Below are positions 1 to 7,912 of a DNA stretch of 14,029 bases, piece by piece. Below the pieces are notes generated by a model, which did not search any database, was not told the DNA's origin, and was given only the letters and a program-made list of their open reading frames with translations. The stretch comes from Leptospirales bacterium (lineage in GTDB: Bacteria > Spirochaetota > Leptospiria > Turneriellales > JAOUFE01): NCBI GenBank assembly GCA_040326155.1, contig JBEQLE010000090.1, positions 1 through 14,029 of the forward strand, written 5' to 3'. Positions within the stretch are counted from its first letter, which is position 1, and each line of letters starts with the position of its first letter. A program made the translations under genes and the position numbers.

Positions 1-292
1 GTTGCTTAGTAAATAAACGTAGATTGTACACACTTACAATTAGAGTTCCAATTATAGCGATTCCACCAATTATTTTGACTATTAGCAATATGAAATCTAC
101 ATATGGATTTTTCGAAACAGGGAATACTTCGGTAGAATAAGCTTTTATTAAGCCTTCAAAATGTGAACAATTAGCAACGCTAAATACAATAATGGAAATT
201 ATTAAAACAAATAAAACGAAATATATAGCAACCTTTTTATTGATTGAAAATTTACTTTGCTTTTCGTATATAATAGGTTCATTATGTTTCAT
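1..292 (-). CDS. Partial hypothetical membrane protein (cassette-like gene), runs off the left edge
   Basis: Manual translation from ATG at 292: MKHNEPIIYEKQSKFSINKKVAIYFVLFVLIISIIVFSVANC...FILLIVKIIGGIAIIGTLIVSVYNLRLFTKQ. Open to the window edge with two hydrophobic segments. It is not in the ORF track because there is no stop in the window. Confidence 0.75.
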   Translation of the reverse strand, partial: MKHNEPIIYEKQSKFSINKKVAIYFVLFVLIISIIVFSVANCSHFEGLIKAYSTEVFPVSKNPYVDFILLIVKIIGGIAIIGTLIVSVYNLRLFTKQ

Positions 293-337
293 ATTAAATT
301 TGGCCTGAAAATGTTTATTCTTATATTTGTCACCTTC

Positions 338-483
338 GCATAACAAATTTTGATCTGCTCAGGCGCGACTGCGCGCGCCTTCGGGTCTCGCATAATATTG
401 TACTTTAAAATGATATTAAAGTTTTAAGAGATAACCGATCAATTGTTTTTTCCTAGATGCTCGACCACATGTTGGGGCTTCCT
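338..483 (+). repeat. attC-like structured repeat, copy 1 (5' part only, interrupted by IS110)
   Basis: Starts GCATAAC and aligns to 2260-2406 with about 22 differences in about 147 nt by hand count, including an identical 34-nt run (ATCTGCTCAGGCGCGACTGCGCGCGCCTTCGGGT). Homology stops abruptly after CCT at 481-483. Confidence 0.75.
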
Positions 484-485
484 TA

Positions 486-491
486 TATGAT
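486..491 (+). promoter_or_regulatory. Candidate -10 box (TATGAT) of the IS110 circle-junction promoter
   Basis: TATGAT lies 2 nt after the CT core. IS110 elements such as IS621 form a promoter on circularisation, with the -10 in the left end. Confidence 0.55.
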
Positions 492-497
492 AAGCTA

Positions 498-675
498 CCG
501 ATGTTATCTGAACGATAATATAACCAGGGAGAGCTATGGCTTCCTCGCATCTGTTCTTCATGAAATTGAATGCTAAAACGGCAGCGGCTCCCCTGGTTCT
601 TCTGACCGCCAAGTGGGGCGAATAGCCCCACATGGTGGGTCGTCCAAAACTCATATAAGGCTGCGGCAGAAGGTT
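498..675 (+). ncRNA. Putative IS110 bridge RNA
   Basis: 5' hairpin TTATC/GATAA (504-518). Stem AACCAGGGAGAGC (522-534)/GCTCCCCTGGTT (587-598) encloses an internal loop with GGCTTCCT (538-545), identical to target flank 476-483. A second domain has hairpin GTGGGGC/GCCCCAC and TCATATAAGG (651-660), the reverse complement of junction 481-490. Ends are approximate. Confidence 0.75.
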
Positions 676-691
676 TTATTGGAGGCACAAA

Positions 692-1291
692 ATGAAACAC
701 TTCGTCGGAATCGACAACTCAAATACTGCACACTCCGTTTATATTATCGATGAAACGGGTAAAAAAGTTAAGGAATTTGAAATTACGAACAACCTTCCCG
801 GATTTAAGAATTTAGAATTGCTTCTATCCGGATTTTCCAATGCCACTATCGGGTTTGAATTATCATATGGTCCTCTTGTGGATTACCTTCGCGAGACGGC
901 CTATAAAATAATTTCAATCAATCCGTTGAAAATCAAAAGGTACAAAGAATCCAATTTAGTTTCAGGAAATAAAACGGACTCAATCGACGCGCATGCCATT
1001 GCCAGCTATCTTCGTTTAAATGAAAACTCTCTTAAGCAAATGGTTTTTAGTTCCATGGAAGTAGAGACTTTGAAACTTTTGGGTGTATCCCATGACAGAT
1101 TGACAAAAGAACAAACAAAGTATATAAACAAGCTGACTGCCATATTTCGCCAGTATTTTCCGCTTTATGACGGTCTTTTTACGAGCACATCGGCTGTAAC
1201 TCTTCTGAAAATGGTAATAAAGTACCCTAAATGGGCAGATTTAAAATCTGAAACGAAAGATGACCTGCGAGATTTTTTCATACTTTCTTAA
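692..1291 (+). pseudogene. Truncated IS110-family transposase/recombinase (RuvC-like DEDD domain plus coiled coil only)
   Basis: Motifs FVGID, GFE, INP and KTDSIDA give the DEDD tetrad. RBS GGAGG at 681-685. Only 199 aa, lacking the C-terminal Transposase_20 domain (IPGIG motif and catalytic Ser). Confidence 0.9.
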
Positions 1292-1323
1292 TTCAAAATC
1301 TTACACAAAGGTGGTTTCATACT

Positions 1324-2199
1324 TTATGAAGGTACTGACAGTATTAACGTTTTTATTGCCTCTGAAGCGATTCCAGTTAATATATCCTTGATTGTAACTA
1401 TTGATTTTTTAACAAATGAATCCTTTGGTTTTTGCGTACTTAGTAGCGCTTTTATTGTTTCTATCTCCTCACTTAACTCTTGATTTCGGATATTTTCTTT
1501 TTCTATTATTTCTTCTAATAGTTTTACCCAATGCTTTGTATCTTCTATATTAATGTTGCTATTTGAGATGTTTTGCTGAGAATTTGTATTTCCCACCTGC
1601 AATGGTGCCGAATTATCACCATGTACATTTACATTATTTATAATTTGACTCACCGGTGGAAAATATGTTGATGGGTTCGTAGGGTTCTCATCTGCTCCCT
1701 CAATTTCTTTGATTCCATTATGAGAAATCCTAATTAGACCGCCCAGTGCCATAGGTTCAATCAAATCTTCATCGATCAAGTATTGAGCTACATTTCTCGT
1801 ATTATTCATATCCAAATTGATAGCTTTTCCTATATCCGCGATATTAAATAAATAAGATTGTGACCCATTAGAATTTTTGTAAACTTCTTTTAAAAATCGA
1901 TATCTATGTTCTTTTCTTTCTTCAAGTTCCATTTCTTTTCCTACCCCTGTTACATTAATTCCCATTATTAATTCATCACCCTTTACTGTTGGTTTTATAA
2001 AATTATCATCTCTTAAACTTTCCACATAACCTTCATTGACTACAAACTTAACTGCTTGTAGGAACTTTTCTCTTTCATGGTTTAATTTCTTATTTAATTC
2101 GACCGTGAATATGATTGTTTTCATTGGCATCGAATTAGTAGCCTTTCCTTCTTTTAAAACTATCAATGGCAGTATTTCTATATATTCATACTTTCTCAT
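1324..2199 (-). CDS. Hypothetical protein with tandem winged-helix-like domains and a C-terminal helical region (cassette-like gene)
   Basis: 291-aa AT-rich ORF with AAAGGA upstream. Two segments resemble wHTH ends (VVNEGYVE...IKPTVKGDELI; YLIDEDLIE...IRISHNGIKEIE), followed by an Asn/Gln-rich linker and amphipathic helices. Confidence 0.7.
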   Translation of the reverse strand: MRKYEYIEILPLIVLKEGKATNSMPMKTIIFTVELNKKLNHEREKFLQAVKFVVNEGYVESLRDDNFIKPTVKGDELIMGINVTGVGKEMELEERKEHRYRFLKEVYKNSNGSQSYLFNIADIGKAINLDMNNTRNVAQYLIDEDLIEPMALGGLIRISHNGIKEIEGADENPTNPSTYFPPVSQIINNVNVHGDNSAPLQVGNTNSQQNISNSNINIEDTKHWVKLLEEIIEKENIRNQELSEEIETIKALLSTQKPKDSFVKKSIVTIKDILTGIASEAIKTLILSVPS

Positions 2200-2259
2200 C
2201 TATAATAATCCTTTTATTAAAATAAAATATTATTGACTCTACTTATTTGAAAAAACTTC

Positions 2260-2562
2260 AGATAACAAATTTTCATCTGCTCAGGCGCGACTGCGCGCGC
2301 CTTCGGGTTTCGCATCATATTGTACATCAAAATGATCTTTACGTTTAAAGAGACATTCGATCAATAGTTTTTTTCGTAGATGCTCAACCACATTTTGAGA
2401 CTACCTACGTTTAACCGCCAAGCTCACACGAAACTCTTTGGCAAATAGCCAAAGCCTACGGGAGGTTAGTTTGGTGCCAGTTGGTCGATGACCATCTGGT
2501 CAGCGACTCGCAGGGCTGACTACGGAAGCCCCAAAACGTCAGATAAAATCGAAACGTTACCG
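2260..2562 (+). repeat. attC-like structured repeat, copy 2 (apparently complete, about 300 bp)
   Basis: AGATAAC-AAAT-TTTCATCTG at the left end and CAGATAAAA-TCGAAAC-GTTACCG at the right end form an imperfect terminal inverted repeat. Internal hairpins at 2436-2454, 2477-2499 and 2499-2520. Confidence 0.65.
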
Positions 2563-2837
2563 GCGATCATGGACAAAAGGATTATGACGAGGTCAACACA
2601 GCGAAACACTGGCTGTTGAAAATGGGCGTACCCGAAAAAGATATTTTTACGGATCACGCGGGGTTTTCCACGTATGATAGTCTTTTTAGAGCCAGGGATA
2701 TTTTTCTGATCGATTCTGCCATCGTGGTTACCCAGAAATTTCACCTGCCAAGGGCAGTCTATCTGGGCAAGCAAAAAAGTATGGTAGCATTACGCACAAC
2801 GTACACCGGATGCATGTGTCGTGCTTCGTCTGCCTGA
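2556..2837 (+). pseudogene. sanA: SanA/YdcF-family (DUF218) protein fragment
   Basis: In frame from 2556: VTGDHGQKDYDEVNTAKHWLLKMGVPEKDIFTDHAGFSTYDSLFRARDIF...VVTQKFHLPRAVYL, which contains typical SanA motifs. The N-terminus is missing (in-frame TAA at 2544) and the C-terminus appears degenerate. Confidence 0.85.
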
Positions 2838-2848
2838 ATTTTGATTCG

Positions 2849-4123
2849 TTAATACTTCGCGGTGCCGGTCAACGCGATCTGGTAATTTTGGACTGTGGTG
2901 GTTTCGGTTTTGTTAATGTCCGTACCGATTTGGGTTTTGCCTATACCATATTGATAAAAACCGGACAGGGTAATTGATGAATTTCGAGATTGTAGGCTGA
3001 TGCTGGTTGATACTCCGTAAAGATCAACATGCATGTCTTGTCCGGTTTTGGAATTTACAATTTCAGGTGTGTTGGCAAAGTTGGTAAAAAGTCCAAGGCG
3101 AACAGGCATAATGTCGGTGATGTAATATTCTGCTCCGAGAGCGCCGTTTATCGTATTTTTAACTTCCGTATCATAGTATGTTGTTCCAAAGTCGCCGATA
3201 ACGTCCGCCGTAATTAAGAACTTATTACTGGGAAAATATGCGACGCCTGCACGAACTTCGACGGGCAAAGCGCTACCCGAAACATATCCTTTTGATGATG
3301 TAATCACGCCGTTTTGCAGAGTTTGAGTTTGATTATAATGGGAGAAAAATCCGCCACCGCCTACGGTAAGACCGAATGCGATTTTGTTCATGGGCATCCA
3401 CTGGATTCCGAATTTTCCGAGCATGCCGAAAAACTTGTCGGTTCGATATTTGTTTGTTATATAAATATCACCGGCAGTGTAAACGGCCGCTGGGTCGTCC
3501 ACAATTACATTCATTTGGTTAAAAATTTGCTCTCTTTTTCGGCTTAGCGCAAACAAGGAGAACCCCAGGGATGTTTTTTTGTTTAAAAAAAATCCTGTGC
3601 TGAGACCAAATAAAAATGTATTATCGGTATTGTTGTAGTTGATATAGGTGTCGGCGATAACGTCTCTGGTTGGCCCGGTTTCCGGAATTTTAATATTGTT
3701 ATAACGGTCGTCCTGGTCGAGAATTTCATTATTTATATTTATAAATACCAGGGCAAACTTTGCTTTACCAATCGTCTGTACTACTCCGAAAAAACTGGGG
3801 TAAAAAGCGGAAATATTCTGGTTATAATCGTTGTTGGACCAGACTGCATTTTTGTATACGATATTTTTACCTTTATAGGTATTTACCGAAAGTGAAATCT
3901 GGTTATCAAAAGCAAAAGCAAGACCTGCGGGATTATAATAAGCGCCTGAAGGGTCATCCGACATGGCGGCATATGCACCGCCAAGACCCATGGCTCGGTC
4001 ACCGACCAGATCATTGATGTAATTATAGTTGGCGCTTGCCAGTCCTGCAAGTAAGTTACCCGAGGTAAAAAAAAGAAGAGACATTGTCATGGCGATGGTT
4101 GTTTTCCGAATAAACATTTTCAT
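2849..4123 (-). CDS. Outer-membrane beta-barrel protein, FadL/OmpP1/TodX-like
   Basis: Signal peptide, hatch motif GDRAMGLGGAYAAMSDDPSGAYYNPAGL, alternating beta-strands and terminal Tyr. GAGGAGG abuts the first ATG, so the true start may be the ATG at 4117. Confidence 0.85.
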   Translation of the reverse strand: MKMFIRKTTIAMTMSLLFFTSGNLLAGLASANYNYINDLVGDRAMGLGGAYAAMSDDPSGAYYNPAGLAFAFDNQISLSVNTYKGKNIVYKNAVWSNNDYNQNISAFYPSFFGVVQTIGKAKFALVFININNEILDQDDRYNNIKIPETGPTRDVIADTYINYNNTDNTFLFGLSTGFFLNKKTSLGFSLFALSRKREQIFNQMNVIVDDPAAVYTAGDIYITNKYRTDKFFGMLGKFGIQWMPMNKIAFGLTVGGGGFFSHYNQTQTLQNGVITSSKGYVSGSALPVEVRAGVAYFPSNKFLITADVIGDFGTTYYDTEVKNTINGALGAEYYITDIMPVRLGLFTNFANTPEIVNSKTGQDMHVDLYGVSTSISLQSRNSSITLSGFYQYGIGKTQIGTDINKTETTTVQNYQIALTGTAKY

Positions 4124-4140
4124 CCTCCTCGCTTATCGGT

Positions 4141-4962
4141 TTATTGCAAATGCCCCATATTCTTTTCAAACCGGTCTTTCACTGTTGGTCTTTTTTCAGG
4201 GTATTTGTTATCTTTTATCATTTGGTATAATGCCGCAATTCGTTTACTCAGAGGGGGGTGTGTATTATAAACCTTCTCAACTTTTTTTCCGGACTCAATT
4301 TTTCTCAGTCTTTCAAGGTAAAGTGGAAGTGCGCGAGGTGCGTACCCGGTTTCGGCCAGGTATGCAAGGGCCGCCTGGTCTGCTTCCAACTCAGCTTCCA
4401 CCTTTAGCCCCTTTTCAAATAAAATTTGAATGGCTTTTTCAGCGATTTTGTCCATCGCTGTAGAAACCAGGGTACCACGAGCCGATAAAACTGCTGAAGT
4501 TCGGTTGATTATCCCTTCAGTATCTCTCGGTGGCGGTAGTTCATTTAGAATATGTTTTAAATTTACGTGGGCAATTTCGTGGGCGAGTACGGCTGCCAGT
4601 TGACTCTCGTTTTGCATGGCAATAACGGCCCCTTTTGTTACAAAAATATAACCTCCGGGCGCTGCAAAAGCGTTGATTGAATCGGTATCGAGAATGGCAA
4701 AATGATATTCAAAATCAGATCGTCCTGCGAACAAGGCAATACTTTTACCTACTTGATTCAGGTAGTATGTCGCCTTGTCGTCTTTTACTACTCCGTAACG
4801 GCGGATAATTCTGAGCGCTATGGTTTTTCCGTAGTTAATTTCTTGACGAATTTCAAGGGCATGGTGTTTTGATTCGATATTTTTTGTTTTTTGTGTGCTG
4901 CTACAAGCTGAGAATGCAAATACAAAGCACATCGAATAGATTGTTAATTTGTTATTATTCAT
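4141..4962 (-). CDS. M48-family zinc metallopeptidase lipoprotein (BepA/LoiP-like)
   Basis: Lipobox-like FAFSAC, INAFAAPGGYIFV, HEIAH (HExxH), ELEAD third ligand and THPP motif. Confidence 0.93.
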   Translation of the reverse strand: MNNNKLTIYSMCFVFAFSACSSTQKTKNIESKHHALEIRQEINYGKTIALRIIRRYGVVKDDKATYYLNQVGKSIALFAGRSDFEYHFAILDTDSINAFAAPGGYIFVTKGAVIAMQNESQLAAVLAHEIAHVNLKHILNELPPPRDTEGIINRTSAVLSARGTLVSTAMDKIAEKAIQILFEKGLKVEAELEADQAALAYLAETGYAPRALPLYLERLRKIESGKKVEKVYNTHPPLSKRIAALYQMIKDNKYPEKRPTVKDRFEKNMGHLQ

Positions 4963-5017
4963 TTTTATCCATCACCGTTCAAAAAACAGGGAGAGGAATA
5001 AAAAAGCCGATTCCTGG

Positions 5018-5524
5018 TCAGTTTTGTATTCTTTCTGCTTTTAAAAAATCCAATAATTCTTCTTCATCAATGGTAAGAACTTCCATTGTTTCTAGTATCG
5101 CATATCCTTCGGAAATTTCAAGCATGGATCGATTTCCCCGAAACCTGGTAGAAACTCCTTCGTTATCTTGAGAGAGTCCCCGTGCAGATGCGGCTGTCAC
5201 ATCAGATGAAGCCCTTTTTCTAATATGTACGTTCTTATTTGTTTTGGATTCAGAAAGAATGGAGACTTTGTCTCCGGGTTTTTGTGTACTTACAAACAAC
5301 TTTTTAACCCACCCTTGTTTGTTGTCGTTTCGAACTAAAATCCACGAGCCTTGTTCTTTTACAACATTGAGCTGGTCTCCCCGTTTAAGTTCGGAAACTT
5401 TTTTAGCTTCTGAGTTTGCTTCGGAGTATAGAGTTGTTTTAGCCGATGACACATAGAGGGTCTGAGCCAGGATACCGGCACTTAGAAAAACAGATATAAA
5501 GAATAATATCACTTTGTATCTCAT
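5018..5524 (-). CDS. Secreted bacterial SH3-domain protein
   Basis: Signal peptide, SH3b-like pattern (LKRGDQLNVVKEQGSWILV...GWV), C-terminal tail with AASARGL, and a GGGGAG RBS. Confidence 0.85.
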   Translation of the reverse strand: MRYKVILFFISVFLSAGILAQTLYVSSAKTTLYSEANSEAKKVSELKRGDQLNVVKEQGSWILVRNDNKQGWVKKLFVSTQKPGDKVSILSESKTNKNVHIRKRASSDVTAASARGLSQDNEGVSTRFRGNRSMLEISEGYAILETMEVLTIDEEELLDFLKAERIQN

Positions 5525-5616
5525 TTATCTCCCCTTATACCTATTATACGTAAGAATTCAGTAAGTAACGAATAATTATGGAATTTTGTTATTGTTTAGT
5601 TGCCAAAATAAATAAT

Positions 5617-7866
5617 TTATTTTGTAGTACGGGTAAATACTCCGTCCCAGGTATCAAGTGGAGTGTGTTTCTGGTACCACTTGCATCTTTCGATGAGCAT
5701 TCCGGAAGCTTTATCGTTGCCGCCGTAGATTTTTTGAGCTTTTTTAAAGTAGTCAATGGCGTTTTTCCAGTCTCGGTTCAGGTAATAGTCAAAGCCTTTC
5801 TCGTATAACGTTGAAGCCTCGCCGATAGCCGGATTTTCTGAACCCTTTTTATCTATAAGCTCGTAGATTTTTATTCCGTGGGCTTTTCCTTTTACCCTTA
5901 CACTGTCGAGAAAACGGGTAAACATTTTGTTTTTAATATGTCCATAAGTAGTTTCACTGATTAAAATAGAGACTCCGTAATCTTTACCTGCAGATTCAAG
6001 TCTCGCGGCGAGGTTTACCGTATCACCCATCATCGTATACGAAGCAAGTTCGTCAGTGCCCATGAAACCGACTTTAGCTGAACCCGTATTTAACCCGATT
6101 CGAAATCTCATCTCCCAGGCTTCGGGGCAATACATTTGATCTTTTTTCCATTTTTGCCGCAGGTCAACGATTCTTCGCATCATGGACAAAGAGGCGTTAG
6201 CTGCTTTTAGTGGGTGGTTTTCTACAGGCAGGGGAGCCCCGAATATACCGACGATGGCGTCGCCGATATATTTATCGAGCGTTCCCTGGTTTTCTTTTAA
6301 AATGATGGTCATTTCAGAAAGATAGTCATTTAGCAGGGCGCCTAGTTCGGTTGGGTCAAGCTTTTCACTAATTGTTGTAAAGCTTGCAATGTCAGAAAAA
6401 AACGGGGTAATATTTGCCACAGACCCTTTTTTTAGACTTTCGAGATCGTTCAGAGCTTCTTTGACAATCTGGGGGTCAACAAGATGACCTAAGATTTTAC
6501 TATATTTTCGTTTTTCTTTTCCTTCTATAATACTCTGGTAACCAAATCCGAAACCGGTGGAAATAAAACCAATCGTAATGTATGTTAAAAAAGGAATTAA
6601 TATATTAAATGAATTAAATAAAAATACGGAAGCTACGCCTAAAATTAAAGCCAACAATATGGGAATTCCAATTTTAATGTACTGAAGCCGGGAATAAAGT
6701 ATAATGGCAAGAGGCAAAAGCATAGAGAAAAGAATCATTAATCCATGAATAAAAAATGGAGTGCGGATAATATGGTTCCCTTGTAAAATATTACTGATTA
6801 ACGTAGCGTGAATTTCCGGTCCCGGCATACGGGAAGCTACCGGGGTTGATTTAAGATCCTGGCATCCTACGGCGGAGCAACCGATAATAATAATTTTATT
6901 CCGGAATTCATCGGGGTGCAATTTGAGGTCGGTATCATCACCCTGGCTGATTTTATAGGCAGACTCAAACAAAGCGCTCATGCTGTAGCTATAGTTAATT
7001 ATTCGATCTTTATAATAGTTAATAAGGTAGTTACCTCGTTCATCAAGAGGTATTGTGTATTTCCCCACGGTGAGTGTTTGCGATCCGGTAACTTCCACTA
7101 CAGGCAGTTCGGAACTTTCCATATTTTCCTGTATCGACATTATAGCGGCGAGGCTGACCGAAGGAAAAAAGTCTCCATGGTAATCGAATAAAATATGACC
7201 TTCCCTGTGCAGGCCATCTGAGTCAGGAACAAAAGAAGCTACGGAAAGCCCTTTGGTTATAGTCATCGTTTCATTTTCGTCATATGGAAAACCACATTCG
7301 ACGGCAAGACGTAAGCAACCAATGGGGATGGTAAATTCATTCATACGTTTTTTTTTATACCCAATACGGTCGGAGTTTTGGACAGGAATGGAATAAACCG
7401 ATTTTAAATCGGGAGGCAGAGGTTTTATTTCGGTTCTTTCATTGTCGAAACTGAAAACTACGTTATGGTAAATATCTGCGTAGTTATAAATTGCCATTTG
7501 AAATGCCGAGTCGCTTAATATTTCTTCTCCCTGTACTATGGTGGACGAACCCTCTGAAAACAAGATATCGAAAAATACTCCTTTAGGGTTGGAGGTCATA
7601 TGAATATAGTCGAGAATTTCGGCGTATATTTCCCGTTTCCATGGCCACCTTCCCAGGCCAAACTTCTCTTCTCCGACGGCAATTGCATTCTCGTCGATTA
7701 AGATTAACATAATATCGGGGTGTGGTGTTTTATTTGCCCCCCCCACTCGAGAAGTTAAAAAGTCATAACTTTTGTTGGAAAAAAAATCTCCGAAAATGAG
7801 CATAATCAAAACAATAAAAGGTAATAAAAATGCTGAAATCACCGTAATTTTTTTAAACCGTCCCAT
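5617..7866 (-). CDS. CHASE2-domain class III adenylate cyclase
   Basis: N-terminal TM, CHASE2 motifs (IDE, RWPWKR, FFDILFSE, PDSDG, MPGPEIHA), three TMs, and cyclase motifs FSDIASFT, DKYIGDA and YTMMGDTVNLAARLE (Lys/Thr ATP specifiers). TPR-like C-terminal tail ends WDGVF. Confidence 0.95.
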   Translation of the reverse strand: MGRFKKITVISAFLLPFIVLIMLIFGDFFSNKSYDFLTSRVGGANKTPHPDIMLILIDENAIAVGEEKFGLGRWPWKREIYAEILDYIHMTSNPKGVFFDILFSEGSSTIVQGEEILSDSAFQMAIYNYADIYHNVVFSFDNERTEIKPLPPDLKSVYSIPVQNSDRIGYKKKRMNEFTIPIGCLRLAVECGFPYDENETMTITKGLSVASFVPDSDGLHREGHILFDYHGDFFPSVSLAAIMSIQENMESSELPVVEVTGSQTLTVGKYTIPLDERGNYLINYYKDRIINYSYSMSALFESAYKISQGDDTDLKLHPDEFRNKIIIIGCSAVGCQDLKSTPVASRMPGPEIHATLISNILQGNHIIRTPFFIHGLMILFSMLLPLAIILYSRLQYIKIGIPILLALILGVASVFLFNSFNILIPFLTYITIGFISTGFGFGYQSIIEGKEKRKYSKILGHLVDPQIVKEALNDLESLKKGSVANITPFFSDIASFTTISEKLDPTELGALLNDYLSEMTIILKENQGTLDKYIGDAIVGIFGAPLPVENHPLKAANASLSMMRRIVDLRQKWKKDQMYCPEAWEMRFRIGLNTGSAKVGFMGTDELASYTMMGDTVNLAARLESAGKDYGVSILISETTYGHIKNKMFTRFLDSVRVKGKAHGIKIYELIDKKGSENPAIGEASTLYEKGFDYYLNRDWKNAIDYFKKAQKIYGGNDKASGMLIERCKWYQKHTPLDTWDGVFTRTTK

Positions 7867-7912
7867 ACATTATTCCATAATTAAAATATGTTATACTATT
7901 ATAATAAGAATA

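Larger units (their letters stand above)
484..1280 (+). mobile_element. IS110-family insertion sequence, left end intact, right half deleted
   Basis: Left boundary is set by loss of repeat homology right after CT (482-483). A non-coding left end of about 208 nt precedes a DEDD recombinase ORF. No C-terminal domain or right end is seen. The right boundary is approximate. Confidence 0.85.

Noticed and set aside
503..512. GTTATCTGAA, the exact reverse complement of TTCAGATAAC (2257-2266), as the closing core site of repeat copy 1
   Set aside because: It lies 20 nt inside the IS left end as defined by the repeat alignment and guide matches, forms the ncRNA 5' hairpin, and lacks the adjacent CAGAT arm. 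Treated as probable coincidence, though not excluded.
416..700. Minus-strand ORFs 416-700 and 439-654
   Set aside because: They span the IS/repeat junction antisense to the structured ncRNA and show no recognisable protein features.
2281..2403. Small open frame on the minus strand inside repeat copy 2
   Set aside because: Copy 1 has a frameshift and stop in the same frame, and the differences are not biased to third codon positions.
2520..2774. 84-aa minus-strand ORF
   Set aside because: Antisense shadow of the sanA fragment.
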